64,000 nucleotides of DNA from NCBI GenBank assembly GCA_019637695.1, contig JAHBVG010000006.1, positions 29,227-93,226 of the forward strand, written 5' to 3'. Position numbers and translations under genes: made by a program. This stretch comes from Caldilineaceae bacterium (lineage in GTDB: Bacteria > Chloroflexota > Anaerolineae > Caldilineales > Caldilineaceae). The notes beneath the pieces are model-generated. The model saw only the letters and a list, made by a program, of their open reading frames with translations. It had not been told where the DNA came from and did no database searches. Shown here in pieces: positions 45,642 through 55,428 of this stretch; position 1 is the first letter of the stretch, and each line of letters opens with the position of its first letter.

Positions 45642-47096
45642 TCAAAACCTGTCATCGTTGTAATAGTTATCAAGCTTATCCTTTATTTGATTCTTGCTTC
45701 CTCGATATCCAGGCAAATCCAAAATCTCCTTTCTGCAACGCTGTTTATCATTTATTCTTGAGGATAGCCACGGCTCTAGCTTATGTTCAGGAATTTTGGA
45801 TGTGATTACAGTTGGCAATGAACATTCAAAGCGGTAATTAAGCAATTGGAAAAGTTTCTCTCTCGCCCATGGTGTAGCGCTTTCCATACCAAGATCGTCT
45901 AAAACCAAGAAAGGAATATTCTTAATTTCTTCAAAACGCATATCGTACGCGACAGGTGACGAAGGATTGAACGTAGACTTGAGATAATCTAAAAATTCAG
46001 CTACCCCAACAAAAAGCACATCTGAGGAGCTTTCCTCTGCCCAATGATTAGCAATGGCAGCGGCCAGGTGTGTTTTGCCAACTCCTTCAATTCCCAACAT
46101 GACAAACCACCCTAAAGGTTTTTCTGCATACTGCATAGCACTCCGCTTTACACGTCTGAGCGTACTCAATTCATCAGCTTTCAGATTCTGCAGTTTGTCT
46201 CGGAAATTATCGAATGTCTTGTCAGTCAGAATCCTCAGCATGCTGAGATCAATTTCTGATGGAGTAGAGCCATAACGATAATCAGGTAATCGCAATTCAA
46301 TCTTCTTTACCAATTTCATATCCATGAGACGACTGCGAAGCCTTTGATCAATATCTTCGAGCCGCTGATTACTTGTAACTACTGTGGGTAGTTGAGAATT
46401 GTATCGGGCGTTAAAGAGTTGAAAAAGCTTTTCCTGCGCCCACGCAGTCGAACTTTGCGTACCCAAATCATCTACAATTAACAATTCAGTAGTACGCAAA
46501 TGTTGGAAAACATTATCATAGGACACAGACATTTCGGGGTTGAACGCTGAACGAAGATGATCCAAAAGATCAGGAGCCACTATAAAAGTTGCAGGCTTCC
46601 CACTCGCAAAACGCTTATTTGCTATTGCTGCGGCTAAATGCGTTTTCCCAACACCATAGCTGCCAAGAATTAGAAGCCACCCCTCTGGATTGTTCGCAAA
46701 ATTCTGACATGTTGATAACGCCTTGGATAATTTTTCACGTTTTTCGAGAGACATATCTGGTATATCTACAACGAAACTTTCGAAGGTGTAACCTGCAATA
46801 TCTTGAACACCGTTCATATTTCTCAACTGGTATAGTTTTTTCAGCCGCATTTCCTCTTTTTTACAGTCACAGGGAAGCGCCTTCCCAAATTGAGGGTGAC
46901 CTAAAGGAACATCAAGCATGACATAACCCGTACCCTTACATTTAGGACATTCTCTGGGCTCCCCAAACTCTGACGATGAATAACTCGTTTGAGAATCCTT
47001 ATGAATATTTTGATGTTCTCTGATATTCCAATACTTACTCTGCGGAGAAGAATTCTCTACGCCGCTTCTCCTCAGAATACTGTCCAGATCCTCCAT
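45642..47096 (-). CDS. DnaC/DnaI-type helicase-loader-like protein with an N-terminal 4-Cys ribbon and two tandem AAA+ modules
   Basis: '[10 protein letters not shown]...LPCDC'. Module 1: 'YTFESF', '[16 protein letters not shown]', 'LLIVDDLG', 'TVVTSN', 'RLRSRL'. Module 2, exactly 190 aa later: 'KTFDNF', '[16 protein letters not shown]', 'FLVLDDLG', 'TVITSK', 'WLSSRI'. Confidence 0.8.
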   Translation of the reverse strand: MEDLDSILRRSGVENSSPQSKYWNIREHQNIHKDSQTSYSSSEFGEPRECPKCKGTGYVMLDVPLGHPQFGKALPCDCKKEEMRLKKLYQLRNMNGVQDIAGYTFESFVVDIPDMSLEKREKLSKALSTCQNFANNPEGWLLILGSYGVGKTHLAAAIANKRFASGKPATFIVAPDLLDHLRSAFNPEMSVSYDNVFQHLRTTELLIVDDLGTQSSTAWAQEKLFQLFNARYNSQLPTVVTSNQRLEDIDQRLRSRLMDMKLVKKIELRLPDYRYGSTPSEIDLSMLRILTDKTFDNFRDKLQNLKADELSTLRRVKRSAMQYAEKPLGWFVMLGIEGVGKTHLAAAIANHWAEESSSDVLFVGVAEFLDYLKSTFNPSSPVAYDMRFEEIKNIPFLVLDDLGMESATPWAREKLFQLLNYRFECSLPTVITSKIPEHKLEPWLSSRINDKQRCRKEILDLPGYRGSKNQIKDKLDNYYNDDRF

Positions 47097-47763
47097 AGTC
47101 TTCGTCCTTTCCTTCCGTCTCCCACCGTTTCAGCACAGCCTGAATATAGCGCAGGGCGCGTTTGTTGTTGCTGACAGCAATCTCGAACGCTTCTTGAATC
47201 CAATCGGGCGGGTAATTCTTTTCCATGTCGCGCAGTTGTTCGGCGATCAACTCGGTCATCAGGCCAATGTTCTGCTCGTAGAGGATAAAAACATTGGGCC
47301 GATCCACAGTGAGCCGCGCCTCGTCAGGGATGATCTTTTGGAGTTCGGCCAGCCGTCCCTGGCGGATCATCGCCACCGCCTGCCGTCCTTTGGCGGTGTT
47401 GAGGAAGTACCAATCCTCGCTGATCGCCGCCGCGCCCTCGCCGGTTTCCACTTCCATGCGCAGGAGGGTATGGCGGGCGACGGCCCGTTCCAATGCATCC
47501 TCCAGGGTGGAAAGCGGCGTGCGCAGGTCGCTTTCCAAATTCAGGCTGCGCAGCAGCGTTTCATCCTTGCGCAGATCATCCCCGCGCAGATAGCGCAGAT
47601 CCCCGCTCTGTTCATTCAACAGCCAGAAGATATAGATCGTCAACTTTAACTCGGCCAGATCGTCGATCTGCGGCAGAAGATCGGTGAAAAAGAGATCGGG
47701 GACGATCACCTGTTTCATCTTTTTGTCGGGAAAGCCGATGAAGCCTGGAAGTGATTTGGGCAT
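47035..47763 (-). CDS. DnaD-domain replication/primosome protein (DnaD / B. subtilis DnaB-like)
   Basis: The C-terminal '[62 protein letters not shown]' matches the DnaD/DnaB_2 domain pattern. The 3' end overlaps the next gene by 62 nt. Confidence 0.75.
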   Translation of the reverse strand: MPKSLPGFIGFPDKKMKQVIVPDLFFTDLLPQIDDLAELKLTIYIFWLLNEQSGDLRYLRGDDLRKDETLLRSLNLESDLRTPLSTLEDALERAVARHTLLRMEVETGEGAAAISEDWYFLNTAKGRQAVAMIRQGRLAELQKIIPDEARLTVDRPNVFILYEQNIGLMTELIAEQLRDMEKNYPPDWIQEAFEIAVSNNKRALRYIQAVLKRWETEGKDEDYGGSGQYSEEKRRREFFSAE

Positions 47764-47905
47764 GGCAGAAAAAGAGAATGAATCAAGAATGATGAATGGG
47801 TGATTAGAGATTTGAGATTAAGCGATTTCCGATTGCAGCAATCGGTGTGATTAGGCGATTGGATGCTGTGTCACCTGCAAATCTGCTACCTGCAAACCTG
47901 CAACT

Positions 47906-50557
47906 TTAATACTCCAACTCCTCGCGCTGAATTTCCAGATCGCGGAACTGGGTGAGTTCTTTGCGGAAGAAGAGGCTGACCGAGCCGGTGGAACCGTGAC
48001 GATGTTTGGCGATCAGAATATCGGCGATATTCTGGCGATCCGTGTCCTCGACGTAATAGTCCTCGCGATAGACGAAGAGGACGACGTCCGCGTCTTGCTC
48101 AATGGAATTATGGACAATCATGTTGGCGGCCACAAAATTGTGTAACCCAGGCACAGTTAGATCGTAAACATCGATGACGCCGTCCTCTTCTATTGAGACA
48201 ATTTCATCCCAATAGACATCACTCTGGGCTAGGCGGTTGATCTCGGTTGACGAAACAGCCGCGCCAAGACGCATAGCCCGTTCACGGCTGATATTCTGCT
48301 TGTAAAGTTGCGTTCCACAATATTCATTCCCTAGCGCTGATTGCATTTGACGCGTTGTCATTCCAATCTTTTGCATGGATGGCACAACATACATCCGCCA
48401 AATTTGGTTAGGAATGATGTCGCGATTGGTATTGGCAGGTCGAGAAGATATATGGGTTAGGATTAACTCCTGTTGTGTACACTTGGCGATCCCGACTGTT
48501 CCGATAATCGAGGAAAATAGTTCTATGTCTCCACGGCCACTGACAATTACATGAAACTGGTCGCGTCCCTTTTCACCTTGGAATTGCACTTTCAGCCGAG
48601 CATTGATCCCCAGCCGCAACAAGAGAGATTGCACATCTACCGCCAGTTGTGGGCTGCTAGTCGCGTAATAAACTGCTGGTCTCGGTGATTGACCGCCTAC
48701 CATCCGTACGCAGCCATCTGTTGCCCAAAGATGGCGCAGGAAATGCGCGATCTTTGGCGCTGGCTGGCAAAAGACCGAATGCGGGACATACTTTTCGTAC
48801 GAACGAAGTCCAAAGGCGCCTAGATTATTAAGCCAGGCTGCAATGGGATTTCGTACGCCATGCGTTAAATGGTCTGTAGAGGATAGATAGACCTGATGCC
48901 ATTGCCGTTCCTGTCGGATGCGCGGCGTCACTTTTTTACCAAAAATATCTACTGCAAGTTGAGCGACGAGACGGGCAAGATCAATTTCTCGGCTCGTATA
49001 CTGGATCACATGGCGGGGCAGTGTACAGCCATCCCCGATAAGATGCCCCAGCAAAGCAAGCTCTGCGTCACTCATCGTGGCCGTGGTTGGACCTGTCAAA
49101 CATCTTGGTAACGCTAGACGTTCTCCAATAGACAATTCGTCCAGTCTCTTCCAGCCCTGAAATGTGAGGAATTTGTGGTTAGCCGTCGCCCGGATCGAGC
49201 GTCCGAGGCGCGTTGTCAATCGATAGACCGACTTTTCACCTGTATAGAAAGCATGGCTAACTGGCCGCGTCTCCATTTTCCACGTTTCTGGGTTCAGCGC
49301 AGAGATCGAGAATCCCTGCTGCCCCACCAAATTACGGATAGGAACGTAGCGCCCTTCTAACGGCAAATAGATAGGTGTATCCCCGGCCAGACAACCACTC
49401 TCTCTCAAATCCGACAACATTGGACGCTTATCCGCACGGCTTTCAACGGCGCGGCTGAGTTGGCTGAGCGCAATGACGGGCACGTTGAGTTCGCGCGCCA
49501 GTTCTTTGAGCGAACGGCTGATAAAGCTGATCTCTTGCTGGCGGTTCTCGCCGCCTTTGGAATTTTTGCCGCCGGTCATCAACTGCATATAATCGATGAC
49601 GATCAAATCGATGCCGTGTTCAGCGTAGAGACGCCGCGCTTTGGTGCGGATGTCCATCACCGAGGCGCCGGGCGTATCGTCGATAAAAATATGGGTCGCC
49701 GAAAGCGTATTGGCCGCTTCCATGAGGATGGGCCACTCGTCCTCATAGATCTGGCCTAGCCGCAGCCGATGGCTGTCGATGGCCGATTCCACCGAAAGCA
49801 GACGCTGGACCATCTGCTCATTGCTCATCTCTAAACTGAAGACGGCGACGCGGGCGCTGTAGCGCTTGGCCGCGTTCTGGGCAATGCTCAGCCCCAGGCT
49901 CGACTTCCCCATACCGGGTCGCCCGGCCAGGATGATCAGATCGCTCTTTTGGAAGCCGCCCAGCATCTTGTCGAGCATGGTGAAACCGCTGGGCACACCC
50001 ATCAACGTGTTCTGGTTGCGGGCGAGGAAGTCGATCTGATCCACCACAGTCTGCATGATGCTGCTAATGGGCATCAATTCGCGGTGGATGCGGCTCTCGC
50101 TGACGCCGAAGATGATCTGCTCGGCCCGATCCACCACTTCATCGACATCGTTACTTTCGTCGTAGGCCAGTTCGGCGATCTTGCCCGCTGCCCCGATCAA
50201 CCGGCGTAGGATGGCGGTGCGTTCGACAATACGGGCGTAATAATCGACGTAAATGGCGGTGGGCGTGCTGTTGATCAACTCAGTGATGTAGGCGGGCCCG
50301 CCCACTTCTTCCAACTGCTCTTGCCGCTCTAATTCATCGACCAGCGTCACAAAGTCGGCGGGTTCGCGGCGTTCATGCAGGGCGATGAGTGCGCTGTAGA
50401 TCCACTGGTGGCGCTCGCGATAGAAGTCCTCGGCGCGCAAAAAGCTGGCTACCTTGACAATCGCATCAGGATCGATAAGCAACGAGCCGAGGACGGCGCG
50501 TTCCGCTTCCATATTCGCCGGGATCGATTTCACCAAGGCATCTGTAGATTCTGTCAT
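47906..50557 (-). CDS. dnaB: replicative DNA helicase DnaB, interrupted by an intein
   Basis: '[12 protein letters not shown]', Walker A 'GRPGMGKSS', 'IVIDYMQLM', '[10 protein letters not shown]', 'SDLRESG' / 'SIEQDADVV'. The exteins sum to 454 aa. Confidence 0.95.
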   Translation of the reverse strand: MTESTDALVKSIPANMEAERAVLGSLLIDPDAIVKVASFLRAEDFYRERHQWIYSALIALHERREPADFVTLVDELERQEQLEEVGGPAYITELINSTPTAIYVDYYARIVERTAILRRLIGAAGKIAELAYDESNDVDEVVDRAEQIIFGVSESRIHRELMPISSIMQTVVDQIDFLARNQNTLMGVPSGFTMLDKMLGGFQKSDLIILAGRPGMGKSSLGLSIAQNAAKRYSARVAVFSLEMSNEQMVQRLLSVESAIDSHRLRLGQIYEDEWPILMEAANTLSATHIFIDDTPGASVMDIRTKARRLYAEHGIDLIVIDYMQLMTGGKNSKGGENRQQEISFISRSLKELARELNVPVIALSQLSRAVESRADKRPMLSDLRESGCLAGDTPIYLPLEGRYVPIRNLVGQQGFSISALNPETWKMETRPVSHAFYTGEKSVYRLTTRLGRSIRATANHKFLTFQGWKRLDELSIGERLALPRCLTGPTTATMSDAELALLGHLIGDGCTLPRHVIQYTSREIDLARLVAQLAVDIFGKKVTPRIRQERQWHQVYLSSTDHLTHGVRNPIAAWLNNLGAFGLRSYEKYVPHSVFCQPAPKIAHFLRHLWATDGCVRMVGGQSPRPAVYYATSSPQLAVDVQSLLLRLGINARLKVQFQGEKGRDQFHVIVSGRGDIELFSSIIGTVGIAKCTQQELILTHISSRPANTNRDIIPNQIWRMYVVPSMQKIGMTTRQMQSALGNEYCGTQLYKQNISRERAMRLGAAVSSTEINRLAQSDVYWDEIVSIEEDGVIDVYDLTVPGLHNFVAANMIVHNSIEQDADVVLFVYREDYYVEDTDRQNIADILIAKHRHGSTGSVSLFFRKELTQFRDLEIQREELEY
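48107..49393 (-). mobile_element. 429-aa DnaB intein with a LAGLIDADG homing-endonuclease domain
   Basis: Starts at Cys389 ('[10 protein letters not shown]', TGT at 49393-49391) and ends 'VHN' (AAT at 48109-48107), followed by Ser. Endonuclease motifs are '[10 protein letters not shown]' and '[11 protein letters not shown]'. It is AT-richer than the exteins. Confidence 0.9.
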
Positions 50558-50656
50558 GCGTTATTCACCGGTCTGGCAATGATGGTCATGGGCAACCTGG
50601 CACTGGGGACAGTTGTGGGTAAAGGTTGGGGATAGGCTGTGGAAAAGCCCCAGGGT

Positions 50657-50693
50657 AGAAAAACGGCGGGACATGTTGCCGTCCTCGCCGTTT
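50657..50693 (-). terminator. intrinsic terminator candidate downstream of the DUF151 gene
   Basis: Minus-strand RNA reads CGGCGAGGAC-GGCAACAT-GTCCCGCCG followed by UUUUUCU. This is a 9-bp GC-rich stem with one bulge. Confidence 0.55.
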
Positions 50694-50783
50694 CGTACAT
50701 AGGTCCATAGCCGCAACCCCGTCGTTGCCGCCCCAATTCGGTTTGCCTACCCAAAGAGATCCAATCAGTCAGGAGAACTCCGT

Positions 50784-51308
50784 TCAGTTATCGATGTCAA
50801 GCCCTTCGATGAAGTCGCGGAAGACGTCGAGATCCTCTTCGTCTTCATCGTAGTCACCGACGCTCTCACGGCGTCCTCGACCCTCACTATCCGCCAGGCT
50901 TAACTCTTCCTCCGGCTCCATCGCCGCACGGTCCATCACATCTTCGTCCACATAGATGGGGGCATCGACTCGCACGGCCAGGGCGACAGCATCGCTGGGC
51001 CGGCTATCGACTTCGAGGGTATCGCCATTGATATTGAGGACAATCTTGGCGTAGAACGTATCATTTTGGAGGTCACTGATGATAACATGGGTTACTTCGC
51101 CATCCAGCGTTTCGATCAACTGTTTGAGGAGATCGTGCGTCATGGGCCGCGCCACTTCGATCCCTTGTAGTTGAATGGTGATGGCGTCAGCCTCAAATGG
51201 ACCGATCCAAATGGGCAAATAGCGTTCACCATTTTCTTCGCGCAGCACAACAATACGATGTTGGGACATCAAACTGACCCGAACACTGTCTATGGTCACT
51301 TCAATCAT
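50784..51308 (-). CDS. bifunctional nuclease family protein (DUF151/BFN)
   Basis: '[24 protein letters not shown]...RPMTHDLL...[12 protein letters not shown]...[13 protein letters not shown]' matches the BFN pattern. An acidic C-terminal tail follows. Confidence 0.8.
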   Translation of the reverse strand: MIEVTIDSVRVSLMSQHRIVVLREENGERYLPIWIGPFEADAITIQLQGIEVARPMTHDLLKQLIETLDGEVTHVIISDLQNDTFYAKIVLNINGDTLEVDSRPSDAVALAVRVDAPIYVDEDVMDRAAMEPEEELSLADSEGRGRRESVGDYDEDEEDLDVFRDFIEGLDIDN

Positions 51309-51508
51309 AATTGGGGCTCCCGACTACAACTTATATCCGCACCCATCCCAGGGTTTGCAGAGTCGCTAAGTTCTTTAGAAAATTATAGCATAGCTGATTT
51401 AGGCCGCAAAGTGATACTTTGAGGATTGGAGGTTGGACTGGAAGCCTCTTGCTCAACGAATCCAATCGCCCAGTCCCTTAATCTCCAATCTCTAATACCG
51501 AATTGACC

Positions 51509-52636
51509 ATGGATACGACACAAGATCGCTACATCATTTGGCTGCTTTCGCCCTACCACACGGGCAGTCACCGCGCCTGGGCCGAAGGCTATCAGCGCCA
51601 CAGCCGCCATCGCGTGGATCTGCTTACCATGACCGGCCGCTTTTGGAAGTGGCGAATGCAGGGCGGCGCTGTGGAACTGGCCGAACAGGCGCGCAAACGG
51701 CTGGAAATAGATCCCCCTCCCGATGCAATCCTGACGACGGATATGCTCAATCTGCCCACGTGGTTGGGGCTTCTGCGCCGGTCGCTGCCTTCATCGATCC
51801 CAATTTTACTCTACATGCACGAGAATCAGCTCACCTATCCCTGGCGACCTGGCGAAGCGCCGGATCTCACCTATGGCATGATCAACTGGCTAAGCCAATT
51901 AGCGGCGGACCGCATCCTGTTTAACAGTCGCTTTCATCAGGAAAGCTGGTTCGACGAAGCGCCGCGCTTGCTCAAACACTTCCCAGATTACAATCATTTA
52001 GCGCAGATCAGCAAAGTGGCCGCCCGATCTACGGTCCTGCCCGTCGGGATCGAATCGATCCCACGGGGAGACGGTGAAAGAACCACTCGTTCTCAAACAC
52101 CACTGATTCTTTGGAATCAACGCTGGGAATACGACAAACGGCCAGATCGTTTCTTTGCCTTGCTCTACCGACTTGAAGAAGACGGATATGACTTTCGGCT
52201 GGCTGTCGCTGGTGAGAACTTCCGCAACTCGCCGCAGGAATTTGAGGAAGCTCGCCAGCGTCTGGCCCGGCGTATCGTCCATTGGGGGTTTCTGCCCCAC
52301 AAGGACGATTATATTCGGCTTTTGAGCGAGGCCGATCTGGTGATCAGCACAACGGATCATGAGTTCTTCGGCATTAGCATTTTGGAAGCGGTGGCGGCTG
52401 GCGCTTTTCCGCTGCTGCCGAACCGTTTGAGCTACCCCGAACTGATCCCGAAGGAACTGCACCCGGCCTGTATTTATACCGATGAAGCGGATCTCTACGC
52501 CAAAGCAGCCCAGCGTCTTCGTATGAACCGCCCGGCGCCCCCTTCGCTGCGCGATTATGTGACCGCTCACTATGGTTGGCCGCAAGTAGCGGAACAATAC
52601 GACGCGATGGTTGAGGGCGTGATTCGTGAAACGTAA
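51509..52636 (+). CDS. DUF3524-domain glycosyltransferase (GT4-like; tRNA-queuosine mannosyltransferase-related family)
   Basis: '[19 protein letters not shown]', '[12 protein letters not shown]', 'FNSRFH', '[18 protein letters not shown]'. The ATG at 51509 lies two codons after the TTG that opens the ORF. Confidence 0.7.
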   Translation: MDTTQDRYIIWLLSPYHTGSHRAWAEGYQRHSRHRVDLLTMTGRFWKWRMQGGAVELAEQARKRLEIDPPPDAILTTDMLNLPTWLGLLRRSLPSSIPILLYMHENQLTYPWRPGEAPDLTYGMINWLSQLAADRILFNSRFHQESWFDEAPRLLKHFPDYNHLAQISKVAARSTVLPVGIESIPRGDGERTTRSQTPLILWNQRWEYDKRPDRFFALLYRLEEDGYDFRLAVAGENFRNSPQEFEEARQRLARRIVHWGFLPHKDDYIRLLSEADLVISTTDHEFFGISILEAVAAGAFPLLPNRLSYPELIPKELHPACIYTDEADLYAKAAQRLRMNRPAPPSLRDYVTAHYGWPQVAEQYDAMVEGVIRET

Positions 52637-52657
52637 AATGTGTTGCGGGGGTAATTG

Positions 52658-52717
52658 TCACTCGCCACTTGCAATCTGGTCAGTGTCATGAATTGCAGGT
52701 TTGCAAGTGGCAGGTGA
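52658..52717. terminator. hairpin between convergent genes (TCACTCGCCACTTGCAA / TTGCAAGTGGCAGGTGA)
   Basis: Arms at 52658-52674 and 52701-52717. 11 bp are perfect, plus 4 bp after a 2-nt internal mismatch. The loop is 26 nt. Confidence 0.5.
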
Positions 52718-52750
52718 GATCGCCCACGCATCACACCCAGTCCCCAATCT

Positions 52751-54568
52751 TTACTGATAAATGATCATATTCGGCGTGATCTCCATATAGCCGATATTCG
52801 GATAGGGTTCTTCGCCCAGGGCCTGACGCTCGTTGAGCAACGGCTCATCCCAACGGTAGAAGAGCTTGAACGAAATGAAGGGCGTATTTTCGTTGACCAG
52901 TGAGTTGTATTTGCTGATCTTGCCCCATGGACCGCCCCATCCATCCACCGAGAGGGTGAGGGCGACCCGGTCATAGCTGCTGTCGATCTGATCCTTATTT
53001 TGGATCATACTATCCTGGAATTGGTGAACGAGCAGGATCACTGGGCCGGGGATGTCGTTCTCTTCCATGTATTGCTGGATTACGGCCTGGGTCTCGTTGA
53101 CCTGTTCAGCGGTGACAAAGCCAATCGGGTTGCCTGGCACGGCCTGCCCTGGGCGGATCATGGCGAACTCAGGGTCAATAGCCAGGTGGACATTGCCATA
53201 ATGGAGATAGCGCAGGGCCGGGGTAATCGACTGGGCAGGGGTCAGCGCGCCGATCTGCACATCGAGGATCACCCCATAGTCGAGTTCGAGCGCCTTGGAG
53301 ATATAAGTCATCACCGCTCCATCGGTCATAAAGCCGAGATAGCTGCCATCACCAGGCGCGCGCGTCGCCATCCCATAGACAAGGTGGAAGGCAGGCTTCA
53401 CCCCCAAATAAGGGCCGTTGGCCTCATCATAGGCGTCCGCCTGTTCCTGGAGACGCACGGTCAACTCATCTACATCAAACTCGCCCAGGATGCCCATGAT
53501 TGGCACATTGGGCCTGCCATAATAAGTGAGCCAGGTTTGGCCGTAAAAAGGCGAATCTTCGCTCATCTGGCGAGCGTTGATGGTCATCCGCTCTGTAATA
53601 GTACCCCGCGCCTGGATGGGGGCGCCCGGCGGCGTTGGCGCGCCGGCAACGGCAAAGATCGGGCTAGCCCCGTCGGGGACCGATCCATCCTCATTGGGGA
53701 TTACCAGCGTCCAGCCGATGGCGAGAAGGTTGGGGTTATCGAGGCTATTGGCCGCTTGCAAGCTTTCTACATCAACGCCATATTGGATGGCGATCTGTCC
53801 CAATGTGTCGCCGGGCTGCACCACATGGGTGCGCACCTCAACTTCATCTGCGTCGGTCTCAGTTTCAGCACTCTCCTCGTCCACGGCTTCATCCTCAGCG
53901 ATGGTGACTTCGTCAACTTCAACGTCTTCAGCGCTCTCAGCGGCTTTGGCCGCGGCGCTGAGGATCTGTTCCAGAAAACTCGCGATGGCGTTACGCTCCG
54001 AGGCCGCTGTCCTTGCGGGCGTTTCTGAAACTGTCGGCGTGGGCGAAGCGACGGCTGTTGGTAGACTTGTCTCGGTAGGCGTCGCCGTTGGACTGGGCAT
54101 GACCGTAGGCGATGGCGTCGGGCTAGGCATGGCCGTCGGTGATGGCGTTGGAGATACGGTATCCGCGTTCTGCACAGCATAGCGCCCGGCGTCCTCAGGC
54201 CAGCGCAGGGTGATCACCTGGCGGGGTTGGCCCAGCGTCCCCAGGAAGCGCCCATCCGCGGTGACTTCCACACCGCCGGCGTTGCCGATGAGCAAGATAA
54301 TCGACGCGCCGGTCCAACTCTCCTGAGCGCCGGCGTTCATCATCCCGTAGTAACGGCGCTGACCGTCTACCGTGGCTTCGATCCAACTGGTTTGGAGAGC
54401 GTTGACAGAGAGTGTGTGCGTATCCTCTTGGAACCGGGGCGCAGCGACGGCCTGGCCCAGAGCGCCAAAGAGGAACGCGCAGAGCAGCGCAGTGACAACC
54501 ACCGGACTGATGAAGATGAGCGGTCGCCGTACAGGATGGGTAGATCCTAGGGAATGAGGGAAGGACAT
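52751..54568 (-). CDS. secreted/anchored protein: RodZ-C (DUF4115)-like domain, Pro/Thr linker, acidic region, LysM domain, uncharacterised C-terminal domain of about 290 aa
   Basis: Signal anchor. 'SWIEATVDGQ...GNAGGVEVTADG' is DUF4115-like. 'SPTPSPTAMPSPTPSPTVMPSPTATPT' is the linker. 'HVVQPGDTLGQIAIQYGVDVESLQAANSL...IGWTLVIP' is LysM. Confidence 0.7.
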   Translation of the reverse strand: MSFPHSLGSTHPVRRPLIFISPVVVTALLCAFLFGALGQAVAAPRFQEDTHTLSVNALQTSWIEATVDGQRRYYGMMNAGAQESWTGASIILLIGNAGGVEVTADGRFLGTLGQPRQVITLRWPEDAGRYAVQNADTVSPTPSPTAMPSPTPSPTVMPSPTATPTETSLPTAVASPTPTVSETPARTAASERNAIASFLEQILSAAAKAAESAEDVEVDEVTIAEDEAVDEESAETETDADEVEVRTHVVQPGDTLGQIAIQYGVDVESLQAANSLDNPNLLAIGWTLVIPNEDGSVPDGASPIFAVAGAPTPPGAPIQARGTITERMTINARQMSEDSPFYGQTWLTYYGRPNVPIMGILGEFDVDELTVRLQEQADAYDEANGPYLGVKPAFHLVYGMATRAPGDGSYLGFMTDGAVMTYISKALELDYGVILDVQIGALTPAQSITPALRYLHYGNVHLAIDPEFAMIRPGQAVPGNPIGFVTAEQVNETQAVIQQYMEENDIPGPVILLVHQFQDSMIQNKDQIDSSYDRVALTLSVDGWGGPWGKISKYNSLVNENTPFISFKLFYRWDEPLLNERQALGEEPYPNIGYMEITPNMIIYQ

Positions 54569-54613
54569 CTGATTCTTTACTCCTTTGATGAATTGAGAGG
54601 ATCACAGATCTTT

Positions 54614-55210
54614 CTAAGGTAGTTGCTGCAAATCGAGAGATTTGGAATCACATACCTGCGCTTTCAGCACGCGCGCCATGAGATCGAGCGCTTGCTGGTT
54701 GTAGTCATCGCTTTCGGAGGCAACACAATCACAGGGGACGATCAGATTGTAGCTGCGCATGTAGGCGTCATTCGCTGTGAAGAGTACGCAGAAATCCCCG
54801 GCGAAGCCGGTGAGGATCAACGTTTTGGCGTCGAGATGGGTGAGCAGAATATCGAGCGCCGTCTGATAGAATCCTGAATGTTTGGGTTTGAGGATAAAGT
54901 AATCGTCGGCATCGGGCAGCAGCAGGCGCACAATCGGCTCACCGCAGATCTCCTCTTGAAGGCAATGCTCGATTAATTCATAAAAGTTGGACCGCCAGCG
55001 GCCAAAGTTATCGTTAACGTAGATCACGGGGATCTTTAGCGCCCTGGCTCGTTGTTTGAGCGCTGCAATCGAGCGGGCAGCAGGCAACGCCCGTTGGAAG
55101 AGCGCTTCACCCCCCTCAAACTCAAAATCATTGATCACATCGATCAAAAGGAGCGCGACGGGCGCGCTGTCCGGCGCATTGCCGTGTAGCGTTGTATCTC
55201 CTGTGGGCAT
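54614..55210 (-). CDS. isochorismatase-family cysteine hydrolase
   Basis: 'ALLLIDVINDF', 'VIYVND', 'LILTGFAGDFCVLFTANDA' (catalytic Cys). The ATG at 55210 is preferred over the TTG at 55222. Confidence 0.85.
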   Translation of the reverse strand: MPTGDTTLHGNAPDSAPVALLLIDVINDFEFEGGEALFQRALPAARSIAALKQRARALKIPVIYVNDNFGRWRSNFYELIEHCLQEEICGEPIVRLLLPDADDYFILKPKHSGFYQTALDILLTHLDAKTLILTGFAGDFCVLFTANDAYMRSYNLIVPCDCVASESDDYNQQALDLMARVLKAQVCDSKSLDLQQLP

Positions 55211-55428
55211 CTTTGCTCTCAATCTTTAGGGATGGCGGACTTTTGCTCAGAGTATAGTCATTTCCATATCTGGCTGCAAGCAACTGTCCAGCTTTTATAG
55301 GTGAAATGTATCTTATCTTATATCTGAAGAGGATATGGGACTTTGGTTATTTTTACAAAGTTAGGTATGATTGTCCACACCCCCTTTATCCTCTCTGTGC
55401 GTAGGTGCAGCCACAGGAGCAACGCTAG

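Noticed and set aside
45620-47040. AT-rich loader segment as an IS21-type insertion (IstB-like ATPase)
   Set aside because: There is no IstA transposase, no terminal inverted repeats and no target-site duplication at the compositional boundaries. The protein has a Zn-ribbon N-terminus and dnaB/dnaD neighbours. Horizontal origin remains possible, but an IS element is not supported.
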